Source: Gnetum montanum (Eukaryota > Plantae > Gnetophyta). From it: a stretch of 64,000 nucleotides of DNA. The notes beneath the pieces are model-generated. The model was not told where the DNA came from. It saw only the letters and a program-made list of their open reading frames with translations, and made no database searches. The stretch spans positions 340,813 to 404,812 of the forward strand of contig MNCI01000357.1 in the NCBI GenBank assembly GCA_015680685.1, given 5' to 3'. Position numbers and translations under genes: made by a program. Positions 12,990 to 24,827 of the stretch are shown in pieces (position 1 is the stretch's first letter; the number at the start of each line of letters is the position of its first letter).

Positions 12990-14598
12990 GGTTTGTTAAA
13001 GTGAACCACAAATTGTAAAAACACAAAACTAAAAACCTTAATAGAGTCCAAAGGTTACAAAGTGACCCCTCAATCACTTATAACAAAAAACAAAGGCAAA
13101 TTGCACATTCTGAGATGATTGCTAATAAAACCAAATTAAATCATTAAAATTGCACTTCACAAGAGAACTTAATATTATTTTCAAAGCTTGCCATACAATA
13201 TTGAAGTTAAACTAAGTTGACAATAGAGCACTTCATACAATAGTCAAACTTAGTATAACTTATGTTTTGATACCATGCATCCAATCTGCATTTCCATATA
13301 AAGAAATAATCTCAAAAAGGAGGATCTTCCAAGCATTTGGAAGGTTCTTGTTAACACACTCATCATTAAAGATCTATAATGGGAAACCAACAAATTGATT
13401 TGGAATAAAAATTTGAAGAGATTGACACCAGTTCCAAATTTATCTAGAAAAAGAGCATTCCCAAAAAACATGTGTAAAAGAGTCTTCTACTTGACAAATG
13501 GTGCATTTAGGGCTTTCAACTCCTAAGAGGTGAAGCCTATGTCCACTGGGAAGTCCTTGATGAATCAAAGACTAGAATAAGAATTGATGCTTTGATCGGG
13601 CCTTTGATTTCCACACATAATGAAATATTTATTTCCAATGATAATCCTCTAGTTACACATTCCATCCTTTGTTTAAAGTAGAATATTGAAATTCTTGCAA
13701 GTGAAACCAAGATTTAGCTTTAGAAATGCCAAGGGAACATAGAGGGGAATCATCTCGCTAAAGCCAATATTCATACCAAAGAGTTTCATTATGTATTTCA
13801 GGTATCTGAAGTTGGAGAGAACAAGTTCAATGTGTTGATAAATAGGAATATCTTATCTTTGAAACCTCCATTTAACTTTGACATGTTGCCAAGAAATAGC
13901 AATATTTTCAATTCTAATAGAATATAATTGGCCAATATTTTGGAGATTGCAATTAGTAAAACAATTTTCTCTATTTGAAAATTCTTCAAATAAGTAGCCA
14001 AAATTATTTTTTAAAATAGGTGATCATCAAATAGAGTGCTTCAACAAATTGTCCAAGCTTAAATGGGTAGGTTTCTATTGCAAAAAACATTTGATTTAAT
14101 TCCAGTAATGCTAAATTTGCTTAAAAAGAAATGAACTTGTACCCTTTTGTGATCCTTCATAGAGGATCCAATTTCTTCAATGAGTATTCTTTCATCTTTG
14201 ATATTTTCCTAAACATAAAATATTATGCTTGAATAGAATCTTCCAAGCTTCTTCACCTTCTATACAATGAGTGACTCATTTAGAGGCCACCAAAATACTT
14301 TCTTGCTCAATAGAAGAAAATCCCAAGTCACCTTGATCTCTACTTAAAAGATAAATATCTCAAGCAACTCGAGGAAAACCTTTGTGATCATCCTGATCTC
14401 CCCATAAGAAATTCCAGAGAATTTTGTCAATGCTTTGAAAGGATGGTTTAGAAGTTGCCATGAATGAAGGGTAGTACATATGAGTGGAGCTTAAAATATG
14501 AGTAGAAACTATAAATCTACCTGTAAGAGATAAGGATTTGACAACCCATTTCAAAGCCTTTTGCGTAACCTTTTCTACCATATTATGCCATAGAGTAG
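12990..14598 (-). mobile_element. L1 LINE segment 4 (ORF2 C-terminus: post-RT region and zf-RVT)
   Basis: KSLSLTGRF...IDKILWNFLWG...RVA (14360-14581) and a CTICQVEDSFTHVFWEC zinc finger at ~13460-13505. Sequence continues at 25742 across the AGTAG TSD. Confidence 0.85.
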
Positions 14599-15408
14599 TG
14601 ATGAGTCATGAATTTGCTGGCTGTGATATCGCTGCTGTGATATCACAGCTGTGATATCGCATACGCGATATCGCAGCCGCGATATCACATCAGCCGCGAT
14701 ATCATGTACGCAATATCATGGCCTGCCTCAATTTTTATAAATAAGAGGCAGCTTTCCTTTTTCTAGCATCTAGTTTTTAGTTCCTTAGCCAAACTCTTGC
14801 AATTTTTCCTTCTTAGAGTTAGAATTATTTTCCAGTGTATGCCCATAGTGTGGTGATTATAATTGTACGACATCCTTTATTCAAGTGTGACGTACTTGGA
14901 CACGCACATGATCGGAAATAAAGATCAAGATTACTTCATCATTGCAGCATTCACTTAGTTTAATTATTTAATTAATTGTTATTTACTACTTTCCTAGTTA
15001 ATCTCTCTCTCACCCTTAAACTCATGTTAAAACGTGGAATGAGTACNTTGGTAATCTCAGTGGTAGTTGTGCACGAAGTCCAAGATGTGTACGGATAATC
15101 AAGGAACGGATGCTCATCACACTTAGGCTAGATTAGATTCTCTCACCCTCTCTCTATCCTAGATTAGTAAATATTACCTTCTATTGCCTTTAGGAGTAGC
15201 GTTAGATTAGAAACCACATCATACACCTCACTTTGGACTAAACCATACGTGACAAAGCCAATACTAGTCCAGGTGGGAAGACAGCGAACTGCGACCTAAG
15301 GCTAATTGTCTAGATGCCACAACTAGTCCGTCTGCGGAGTTCAACCGGATCGCGTGTGTAATGCTCGTATTCGTATGGTTGAGTGTAGGGGTACCTCGTC
15401 ACTCATCA
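14599..15408 (+). repeat. 5' LTR of A1 with GCGATATCGC palindrome array and TATA (tataaata ~14736)
   Basis: Aligns with 24828-25736. A single N at 15047 marks a collapsed ~60 bp segment. Confidence 0.93.
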
Positions 15409-16773
15409 TTGGCACCATTGCCAGGGATGGTGCTAGTTATCTAGATTAGTTATATCATACAAGGTCACTGTATAGGAATTAACGATATATCTTTTAAGAA
15501 GAATTAATTACAAAAAGTCACATACGAATTCACACATAGCTTCACAACCATGCCTCTCCTACAAAACTATGATAATGCCATACCTAGTAAGGAAATTCAT
15601 TGGAGAATCGATGAATTATATGACAATGAAGATTGGAGTACACAATCTGAGGTGGGGGTTTCTTATAAACATAAACGAAGGCAATATCGTCGAAATGCAC
15701 AAAGGCATAACTTACTTGATGATGATGAATCCCCACTGGCCACTACAAGCCTAACACAAATACAAGAGGCTGTTCGAATCTCCCGTAGGCATTGTAAAGA
15801 GAGCCGCCTACCTAGGCTCGATTTAAACAACTTTTCCAATTTTTTAAGAGGCTATGACTTAGATCCGCATCAACATTTAAAAGCCTTCTACGATGCTTGC
15901 ACATGGAACAACATTGATAATGGGTGGCAAAAGCTCAAGCTCTTCCCTATGACACTCATTGACCAAGAAAAAGTATGGTATAGATCATTAAAACCAAATT
16001 CAATTTGACATTGGTCAACAATGGTAGAACTCTTTAACGAAAGATATCAAACCTACACAAGAGTGTCAGCCTTGATGAAACAAATCCAAAAGTGGAAACA
16101 AGCAAAACATGAACCCTTGGAGATGGCCTTAGAAAGATATTATGCACTGTTAAACAATTGTCCAGGCCATGGGTTTTCCAAGGAAAGGCTAATGTACCAT
16201 ATCATTGATGGGCTTCGTGATGTAACAAGAGAAACCCTAGGGATATATGCCCAAGGTCAACTATACGAACTACGAACCCATCAAGTCCAAGAGCTTATTA
16301 AGCAGGTAGCAACAGAAGAAGGAGAAATGGCTAGATGGGAGAGTCTTGAAAAACATCAACAGGACTGAAGTCTCAACTTAACAAAGGTCCATAATCACAA
16401 AAAGAAGAAATCAACCAATCTCTAGGTAGAAGAACCCTCTTTACTAGTACAACAATCACTAGATAAAGTCGAGGCAAAGATCAATAAGATGTTAGAATGG
16501 ACATATCAAAAGTGTGGAGAATATATCGATCTTATTGGAGATAGAGTTTTGAAAATCCAAGAACCAAGGAAAAACATTAGACAATCAAAAAGAAGGGATA
16601 AGGAAAATAAAAGCTCAACTTCCAATCATACGTATGAATGCAACATATTCCTGTATGATCACCCCAAGGGCCAATCCCCAATATTTGTTACATTTATATG
16701 AACATTGGGAAAACACGTTACATCTAGAGTTCGTATAGAGATACTATGTTCGATCATAGTGGCAACAATCCCA

Positions 16774-19700
16774 TGTTAAGTTATGTGGTGATTGATCCAA
16801 CATGGGTCAAAACCAGTTAGTAGCAATGAGCAATAGTTAGTAGTAGTTACTGGTTCCAGTAGTCAGTGGTCCTGGTCCAATTTCCGTTCTCTTTCGTAAC
16901 GGCCCAAAAATGTTCCTGTAACCATAATTGTATCTAGAAAAAATTATTTAATAACAATTCGCATGCATTTCCGATGGTGTGCTTGCTTAAACGCCACACA
17001 AAGTTGTGTGTGTTGCCTGCGTTTTCTTTTTCTTTTGTTCTTTATCTCTTCCTGAATATAACAACTGGTATCAGAGCAATGGATCAGTGGGAGCAATGGC
17101 ATCCGAGGATGGGAAAGTCCGGATTGACAAATTCGATGGAACAAAATTTGGGTTCTAGAAGATGCAGATTGAAGATTATCTGTATTAAAAGAAGTTGCAT
17201 GAACTGCTGCTAGGGAAGAAGCTAGATCAAATGGACCAAGAAGATTGGAATCTCCTAGATCGTTAGGCACTTGGTGTGATTAGATTGACATTGGTAAGAA
17301 ACATCGCATTCAACATTGTTAATGAGACAACCACTGTAGGTTTAATGAAAATGTTGTCAAGTATGTATGAAAAGCCATATGCTGCAAACAAGGTATATTT
17401 GATGCGTCAGTTGTTCAATCTGAAGATGGGTGAAGGTGCATCAGTTACAAATCACATCAATGAATTCAATATGATAATTAGTCAATTGAATTCAGTGGCG
17501 ATCACCTATGAGGATGAAATCCAGGTGTTGATTTTTCTGTCATCTTTGCCAGAGAGTTGGTCTGCAACAGTGACTGCTGTGAGTAGCTCATCAAGTACTT
17601 TAAAATTAAAGTTGAATGATATTNNNNNNNNNNNNNNNNNNNNNNNNNNNNNNNNNNNNNNNNNNNNNNNNNNNNNNNNNNNNNNNNNNNNNNNNNNNNN
17701 NNNNNNNNNNNNNNNNNNNNNNNNNNNNNNNNNNNNNNNNNNNNNNNNNNNNNNNNNNNNNNNNNNNNNNNNNNNNNNNNNNNNNNNNNNNNNNNNNNNN
17801 NNNNNNNNNNNNNNNNNNNNNNNNNNNNNNNNNNNNNNNNNNNNNNNNNNNNNNNNNNNNNNNNNNNNNNNNNNNNNNNNNNNNNNNNNNNNNNNNNNNN
17901 NNNNNNNNNNNNNNNNNAATGGAAATTGCAAGATTTAAGACATGTTCCTGGACTTAAGAAAAATTTAATCTCCATGAGTCAGATGGATTTGGATGGGTAT
18001 ACAACAACATTTGGTGATAGATCATGGAAGATTACCAAGGGAAACTTGGTTGTTTCACGAGGCAGTAAGGTGGGAACATTGTACATGACTACAACAAAGA
18101 AAGATGCAGTTGCAGTTGCTAACTATGATGGCGATTCAGTCCTATGGCATCGAAGAATTGGGCACATGAGCGAAAAAGGTATGAAGTTGTTGGCTTCAAA
18201 GGGAAAGTTACCAAAGTTTAAGTGTGATGATGTTGGCTTATGTGAAGATTGTGTTTATGGGAAACAAAAACTAGTTACTTTCTCAAAGATAGGGAGGATA
18301 TCACAGACTGAAAAGCTTGAACTTGTGCATTCAGATGTATGGGGGCCAGCTCCAGTGAAGTCTTTTGGAGGCTCAAGCTATTATGTCACCTTCATTGATG
18401 ATTCCACTAGGAAGGTATGGGTTTATTTTCTTAAAAATAAATCTGATGTGTTTGATACTTTTAAAAGGTGGAAAGCTGAAGTAGAAAATTAGACTGGTTT
18501 AAAAATTAAATGTCTGAAGTCAGATAATGGAGGAGAATATGACAGCCAAGAATTCAAGAATTTCTATTCAGAAAATGGGATCAAGATGATCAAGATAGTT
18601 CCAAGAACCCTAGAGCAAAACGATGTTGCTAAACGGATGAACAGAACCTTGAATTAAAGAGCTAGGAGCATGAGAATACACTCTGGGCTACCAAAGTACT
18701 TTTGGGTAGATGTAGTTAACACAACAACCTACCTCATTAATCGAGCACCTTTAGTTCCATTGGAGTTCAGAATACCAGAGGAGATATGGACTGGAAAGGT
18801 GGTAAATCTTTCACATTTGAAAATTTTTGGGTGTGTCTCGTATGTGCATATTGATTCAAATGATAGAGATAACCTTGATCCTAAATCCAAGAAATGTTAT
18901 TTTATTGGCTATGGTTCTGATAATTTTGGTTATCATTTTTGGGATGATCAAAATAGGAAAATTATCAGACACAGGGATGTCATTTTTAATGAACACATGG
19001 TGTACAAGGATAGGTTCAGTTTAGAATCCAACATTGCAGGGAAGCAAGAAAAGGAATGTGAGAAGGTTGAACTGAAAGAGATATCTAAGAGGGATGTGGA
19101 TGGAAGAACTCAAGAAAATCCTGAAAATAGGATAGCTAAAGATGAAAATGATGTTGTAGAAATAGCCACACCAAAGCCTCAGTTGAGAAGGTCTACAAGA
19201 ACACCAAAGCCTAAAGAAAGGTACTCTCCCTCATTACATTACTTATTGTTGACAGATGCTGGGGAACCAAAATGTTTGGATGAAGCAATGCAGGTAATAG
19301 ATTGTGTTGAGTGGGAGGTGGCTATGAGAGATGAGATGAAGTCACTCCACAAAAATATGACATGGACACTAATTGAGTTGCCAGAAGGAAAGAAGGCATT
19401 GTAGAATAAGTGGGTGTATAGGGTCAAGGAAGAACATGATGGAAGCAAAAGATACAAAGCAAGGTTAGTAGTTAAGGGTTTCCAATAGAAAAAGGGAATT
19501 GACTACATAGAAATTTTTTCACCTGTAGTAAAGTTGACTACTATTAGAGTAGTGGTAAGTATTGTGGCTACTGATGATTTGCATCTAGAGCAGCTAGATG
19601 TCAAAACTGCATTTCTACATGGTGACCTCGAAGAAGACATTTACATGACACAACCAGAAGGCTTCCAAGTTCCAGGGAGGGAAAATCTGGTGTGTAAATT

Positions 19701-21197
19701 GAAGAAAAGCCTGTATGGGTTGAAGCAGGCTCCAAGGCAATGGTACAAAAAGTTTGATGGATTTATGTGTAAAAATGGCTTTGTTCGAAGCGAGATGGAT
19801 CACTGCTGCTATTTCAAGAATACTAATGACTGTTATATAATATTGTTGTTATATGTTGATGATATGCTAGTTGCAGGGACTAGCATGAAGGAGATCAATA
19901 ACTTAAAGCAGCAATTGGCAAGAAAATTTGAGATGAAAGACTTGGGGCCAGCTAAGCAGATACTTGGGATGAGAATATCTAGAGATAGATCAGAGGGATT
20001 GCTGAAGCTATCTCAAGAAAAGTACATAGGAAAGTTGCTGAAAAAGTTTAGTCTTCAAGATGCCAAGATCAGAAATACTCCTATGGGAAGCCATGTTCAT
20101 CTCTCCAAGGAGCAGGCACCAAAGACAGATGAGGAGAGAAAACACATGGCCAAAGTACCTTATGCTTCAGCAGTTGGAAGCTTGATGTATGCTATGGTAT
20201 GTACTAGGCCAGACATAGCTCATGCAGTGGGAGTTGTTAGCAGGTTTATGTCTGATCCAGGAAGGGAGCATTGGGAAGCTGTAAAGTGGCTCCTAAGATA
20301 TCTGAAAGGAACTTCAGGTATGACACTTTTTTTTAAAAGGAGCAGCATTACTCTATAGGGCTTTTTTGATACGGATTTGGGAGGTGACTTGGATAGTAGG
20401 AAGAGCACCACTGGTTGTCTCTTTACCATGGGTAACATGACTGTGAGTTGGATGTCTCGACTTCAGCAGAGCATTGCTCTCTCAACCATAGAAGTAGAAT
20501 ATATGGCTATCTCAGAAGCTAGAAAAGAGATGATTTGGTTGAAGGGTCTTCTAAAAGAATTGGGTAAGACACAGGACAACAATGAGCTTTTCACTGATAG
20601 TCAAAGTACCATACATCTAGCTAAAAATCTAGTCTTCCATTCCAAATCCAAACACATTTAGCTAAGGTATCATCATATTCGAGAATTGATAGATGATGGA
20701 ACATTATTGCTAAGGAAGATTCCTGGTTCAAACAACCCTATAGACATGTTACCCAGGCAGTCACCTTTGCTAAGCTGAAACTTTGCACAACCTTAGTAGG
20801 CCTCCATGGTTAGCAATGAGGAGGCATTGTTTGTGGGATTAATAGCATCTGTGGAATAAGCAAGGGAGTAAGAGTTTTTTTGTTTGATCCATCTCCAAGT
20901 GGGAGATTGTTAAGTTATGTGGTGACTGATCCAACACCAGTCAAAACCAGTTAGCAACAATGAGCAATAGTTAGCAATAGTTACTGGTTCCAGCAGTTAG
21001 TGGTTCTGGTCCAGTTTCTGTTCTCTTCTATAACGACCCAAAAATGTTCCTGTAACCATAATTGTATCTAGAAAAAATTATTTAATAATAATTCGCATGC
21101 ATTTTTGGCGGTGTACTTGCTTAAACACCACACAAAGCTATGTGTGTTGCCTATGTTTTCTTTTTCTTTGGTTCTTTATCTGTTCCTGAATATAAAA
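16774..21197 (+). mobile_element. Ty1/copia LTR retrotransposon, Tnt1/Tork-like, full structure, decayed
   Basis: 290-bp LTRs at 16774-17063 and 20908-21197. TSD TCCCA on both sides. PBS tggtatcagagc (tRNA-iMet) at 17066. PPT ccaagtgggagat. Confidence 0.96.
17096..20813 (+). pseudogene. Copia gag-pol polyprotein (gag, GAG-pre-integrase, INT, RT, RNase H) with premature stops and an N gap
   Basis: IDKFDG; LWHRRIGHMSEKG; LELVHSDVWGP; QLDVKTAFLHG; KSLYGLKQAPRQW; LLYVDDML; YASAVGSLMYAMVCTRPDI; RKSTTG; FHSKSKHI. Confidence 0.95.
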
Positions 21198-23877
21198 TCC
21201 CAGTCGTGGGGGAGACCACCACTAAACTGGAGACACCTTTCGTATCATCCGAACCCAAACACTTATCTTGTTCAACATCCTATTTCTCCAACTAGGCCAA
21301 CATACTTTATCTCACCACATTACCATTCTCCTCAATACTATCAGCCCATGCCTTCAACACAACCACCGCCTTGTGTACCTTACACTGCCCCTCCTAATTT
21401 TCAACATTCTTATCCTTTCCCTCATACATTGCCACCACTTTTTCCTAAAGTTTCTGCACCACAACAACAACCTCCGAACATTACTTGCGCTACTACTACC
21501 AACATCAGTGAGAGGCCTCCTCAACATCAAAAGCATCCTTTCTTTAAACATGATCATAAGAAGGGACAACAAAATTCCAAGGCCATTGCATCCTCCAACT
21601 CAGCACAAGCCCAACCCTATGGTGCACCCTTACCTTTGAACCCAACACCTCATGTAACTTCATCAGGGCCACCAACTAACACTCCAACAACCATACGGCC
21701 CAATGAACACAGTCATGGAAGGCAACATCCCAATCCTTGCATACCATCTAACAATCCTAAATATCATAGTGGATCAACTCATTATCTAGAAACTACATCA
21801 TATAAATTGCCCCACTATGCTTACTACAATCAGGTGTGTGAAACCCGATGGGGTAAGTATAGTCAAGTTCCAATATTTCCAACATGCAAGGATCCCCATT
21901 GTCATTTATTAATCCTTGCCATCCTCAACTGTTTAGCTATGAGGGATATCCCCCATTCTAATAACAAGAAGGATTAATAAATATTTTTCATTTTCTTTAA
22001 TTTTTCAGTTTTTTTCTAGATTTTTAATTTTTCAACTTCTTGTTTTATCTTTTTGTCTTTTTGGTATTTTTGTCCTTTTATATTTTTTATAAGTAATCTT
22101 GTCTACGAATAAAACACTCATGTGGATCGTTGGTTGAGGTGTGTTTTATATTTTCAAGTCTCGAGTAATCAATTATTTGGATAGTGAGCCCATTACACCC
22201 ACTCATCCACTCTACAAATAAGAGGTTTTGTTCAAGGGTATAGTGATATTCTTGACATTCTTAAAACTTAAAATTAATTGTGTGTTCATTATCCCCAGAA
22301 TGACAAAGGATGGACTAAGAGGGAATGATTAGGGTGTGACACCAAGGGGATTTTTGGATTCTCTTTGGTGATGTCTATGGGAGTTATCATGCAATGTGGT
22401 TGTACTAAGATCCTTGTAGATCTAACAACAAATGGGAGTAAGAGTAATCAAAAGGGCACTCAAAAATCCAATGGTGTTCTAGGGGGTCCCACTAGAAAGA
22501 AATGCACCCATGCCTGAAGGTTGGTGGCTTCTCTGGATTCATTCATTCAAAAAAAAAGAGAAGAAGAAAAGAACAAAAAAAGAAGGAAGAAAAAAGAAAA
22601 GTGTCACAAAATAAAAATCACTCCTTCCTTGAATAAATGCCAAGTGATCATACGCCTTGTTGTTATGGTACTCTCATAGTCATTCATCATGGGATGAAAC
22701 AATGCGGTGTCACTGATTAGAGGAATGGACTTGGTCCTAATCTTGGAACGACGGATTAATGACACGTTAAACATGCTTTTCATGTAGAATTCATTGTGCC
22801 CTGGATTGGTTACCTCATGTCCCAATATCTACAATTCCTTATATAGTTTGTCTCATCTTACTATTCGGGTAATTGTAGCTCGTGTCGTGTGTAATGTAGA
22901 ATTATTACCTCATCTCGGTGATATTTACATGTGTGTGTTTTGTGGAATCAGTGTGGATTACATTTAACCCTTCAAGTGCCCACAGACACTTTTAAGTGTG
23001 GTTACACAAGGGCATTATAGGTTGGAATCTGCTTTGGGGAGGACCCACTTGTGTAATCTTTTGTAATTTTCACTTATGACATAGCTCACACACACCATTT
23101 ATTACCCTTAGTGTATTGTTAATGATATTCTTTCCCTTATTACTATCCCTCTAAATTTCAATGTTCCTATGAACCATCACATAGCCTTTTTCTCTACCAT
23201 CTGAGGTCCTTATTGATAAATTCCATACCATAATAATTTTCATGCCTTTAGAACTAGTTGAATTACCCTAGAACCCTTTAATAATCATCCAGATGTCCTT
23301 AGTTTACATCGTTTAATTTCAAAGAAATATTAAAATTCGGTACATTCTCTAAGTGCCCTAACTTTGATGAAAATATATATACGTGACTCCCCCACAACAC
23401 TTACCATCATTTTCCACAATTCACGTGGGGGAATTTTTTTGAATTTTTTCTCGACGACTTGCAATTGTTAGACCCTTGCTTTTATACCTATATCTTGCTC
23501 ACTGGTACTTTGATTTTCATTCCGTTTGAACCTACTTGAACTTGGAGTGTTTAGCTTAGTCGTGGGGGAGGGGCACACACCGAATAACGCATAAATTTTT
23601 TGAAATTCATCATCATCCAAAGGACATCTTTAAGGGTAATTAGTTGTAGAATTAAGAATAGAATGTGTCAAAAATAATTTCATCCCCTTAGCTATACTAG
23701 AAAATTAAATTTGGAAACCACCTAAGCAAAGAGGACTCAACATTATAATCTTTTGGGAACATGTTCTTCCAATAATTAACATCACATAGAAATAAAGTAA
23801 ATCTATTAAGGCAAGTAGTAAGGTATAACCTAAGTTTGGTAACAACCTTACTAACAATTTGTCCCGTGTGATTGTAT

Positions 23878-24663
23878 ATGGCCCCAAAACACGGACAACA
23901 AGAAGGTCCTACTCAAGGTATGATCAAACAACCTAGGAGAGGTGAAGGACAAGTTCCTGCCGAACAACATGTAGAGAAGGAGAAACAATCATTTAGTATC
24001 CATCAAGAAGACCCTGCTACTGTACAATCAAGGCAGGCAAAAGGAGGAGCTGCTGTAGTTTCTGAACAGGGATGATATCTCATGCTGACCTAGGATTGTG
24101 TTCAGACCATCCATGAAAGGTCCATATTCATTGTAGTGATCATGGAATTAAACTCTGGGCCTTTTATAGAATTTTCGCCAGAGGCCATTAGGGATCACCT
24201 CAAAGGGTCCCCATTATGGCCTACCCTCTCTAAAAGAATTGCCTGGTACTTAGGGGAAACATACCAATTTTGGCACAATAAAGAAGAAGGCACCACGGTT
24301 AACAGTTGTAGTGTGACTGTTGATTTCTCTATTGAAGCTATTTCAGAAGTATTAAACCTTCCGAATACAGGGCCAAAGGTTGCTCAGAACCAAATGGACA
24401 CTTTTAGAACCGAGCAACTTAATAAACTATTGATAGAGAATAAAAGGGTGGCAGAAGAAAATAGAAGGCTGACTGGGATGCCTCTATGGCACAAGCACAA
24501 ACTTACACGCATGCCAAGGCACTCAAGGCCTTGTAAGAGGAGAAACTCTAGGCCATACTTCGACGCCGTCAAATCCCAAGACCTGGAGCGTAAGAAAAAG
24601 GAAAGACACCCATGGAGGAGCCACCACCACCAGGAACTACATGAGTTTCATCCAATTTTGTAA
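23878..24663 (+). pseudogene. Additional 3' ORF (aORF) of A1, in the Athila env-like/ORF2 position
   Basis: ORFs 23872 and 24136 share a frame, with two internal stops (TGA, TAG). MAPK start; ELNSGPFIEFSPEAIRDHLKGSPLWP..YLGETY; VDFSIEAISEVLNLPNTG; coiled-coil tail. Homologous to 60897-61316. Confidence 0.7.
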
Positions 24664-24827
24664 TCATAGGATTTTCTTTTGTGTTGTGTCTCAATTTTTT
24701 TCTGACTCCACACTGTGGCATGAATTGATTCTAGTTAGTCAATAATCCCATACTTATCCACTGTGTAATCAATGGAGCTTGTTCTCTCTATAACTCGAGG
24801 ATGAGTTTTCATTCAGTTGTGGGGGTA

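Larger units (their letters stand above)
15550..21977 (+). pseudogene. gag of A1 (retrotransposon gag domain, degenerate Zn-knuckle, Pro-rich tail), split by the Copia at 16774-21197
   Basis: DPHQHLKAFYDAC...KLKLFPMTL...VWYRSL..NSI*HWSTMVELFNERY, then CPGHGF and CNIFLYDHPKGQSP. The frame is continuous across the TSD (WQQSQSWGRPP) into the Pro-rich ORF ending at 21977. Confidence 0.8.

Noticed and set aside
14618-14722. CRISPR-like appearance of the palindromic repeats
   Set aside because: Spacers are only 3-7 nt, the context is a eukaryotic LTR, and there are no cas genes.
17502-17975. ORFs spanning the poly-N run
   Set aside because: Artefacts of the assembly gap at 17624-17917.
21105-21977. 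290-aa ORF resembling a secreted Pro-rich/extensin protein
   Set aside because: It is a chimera: the hydrophobic start comes from the Copia 3' LTR and the rest is the Pro-rich gag tail of A1.
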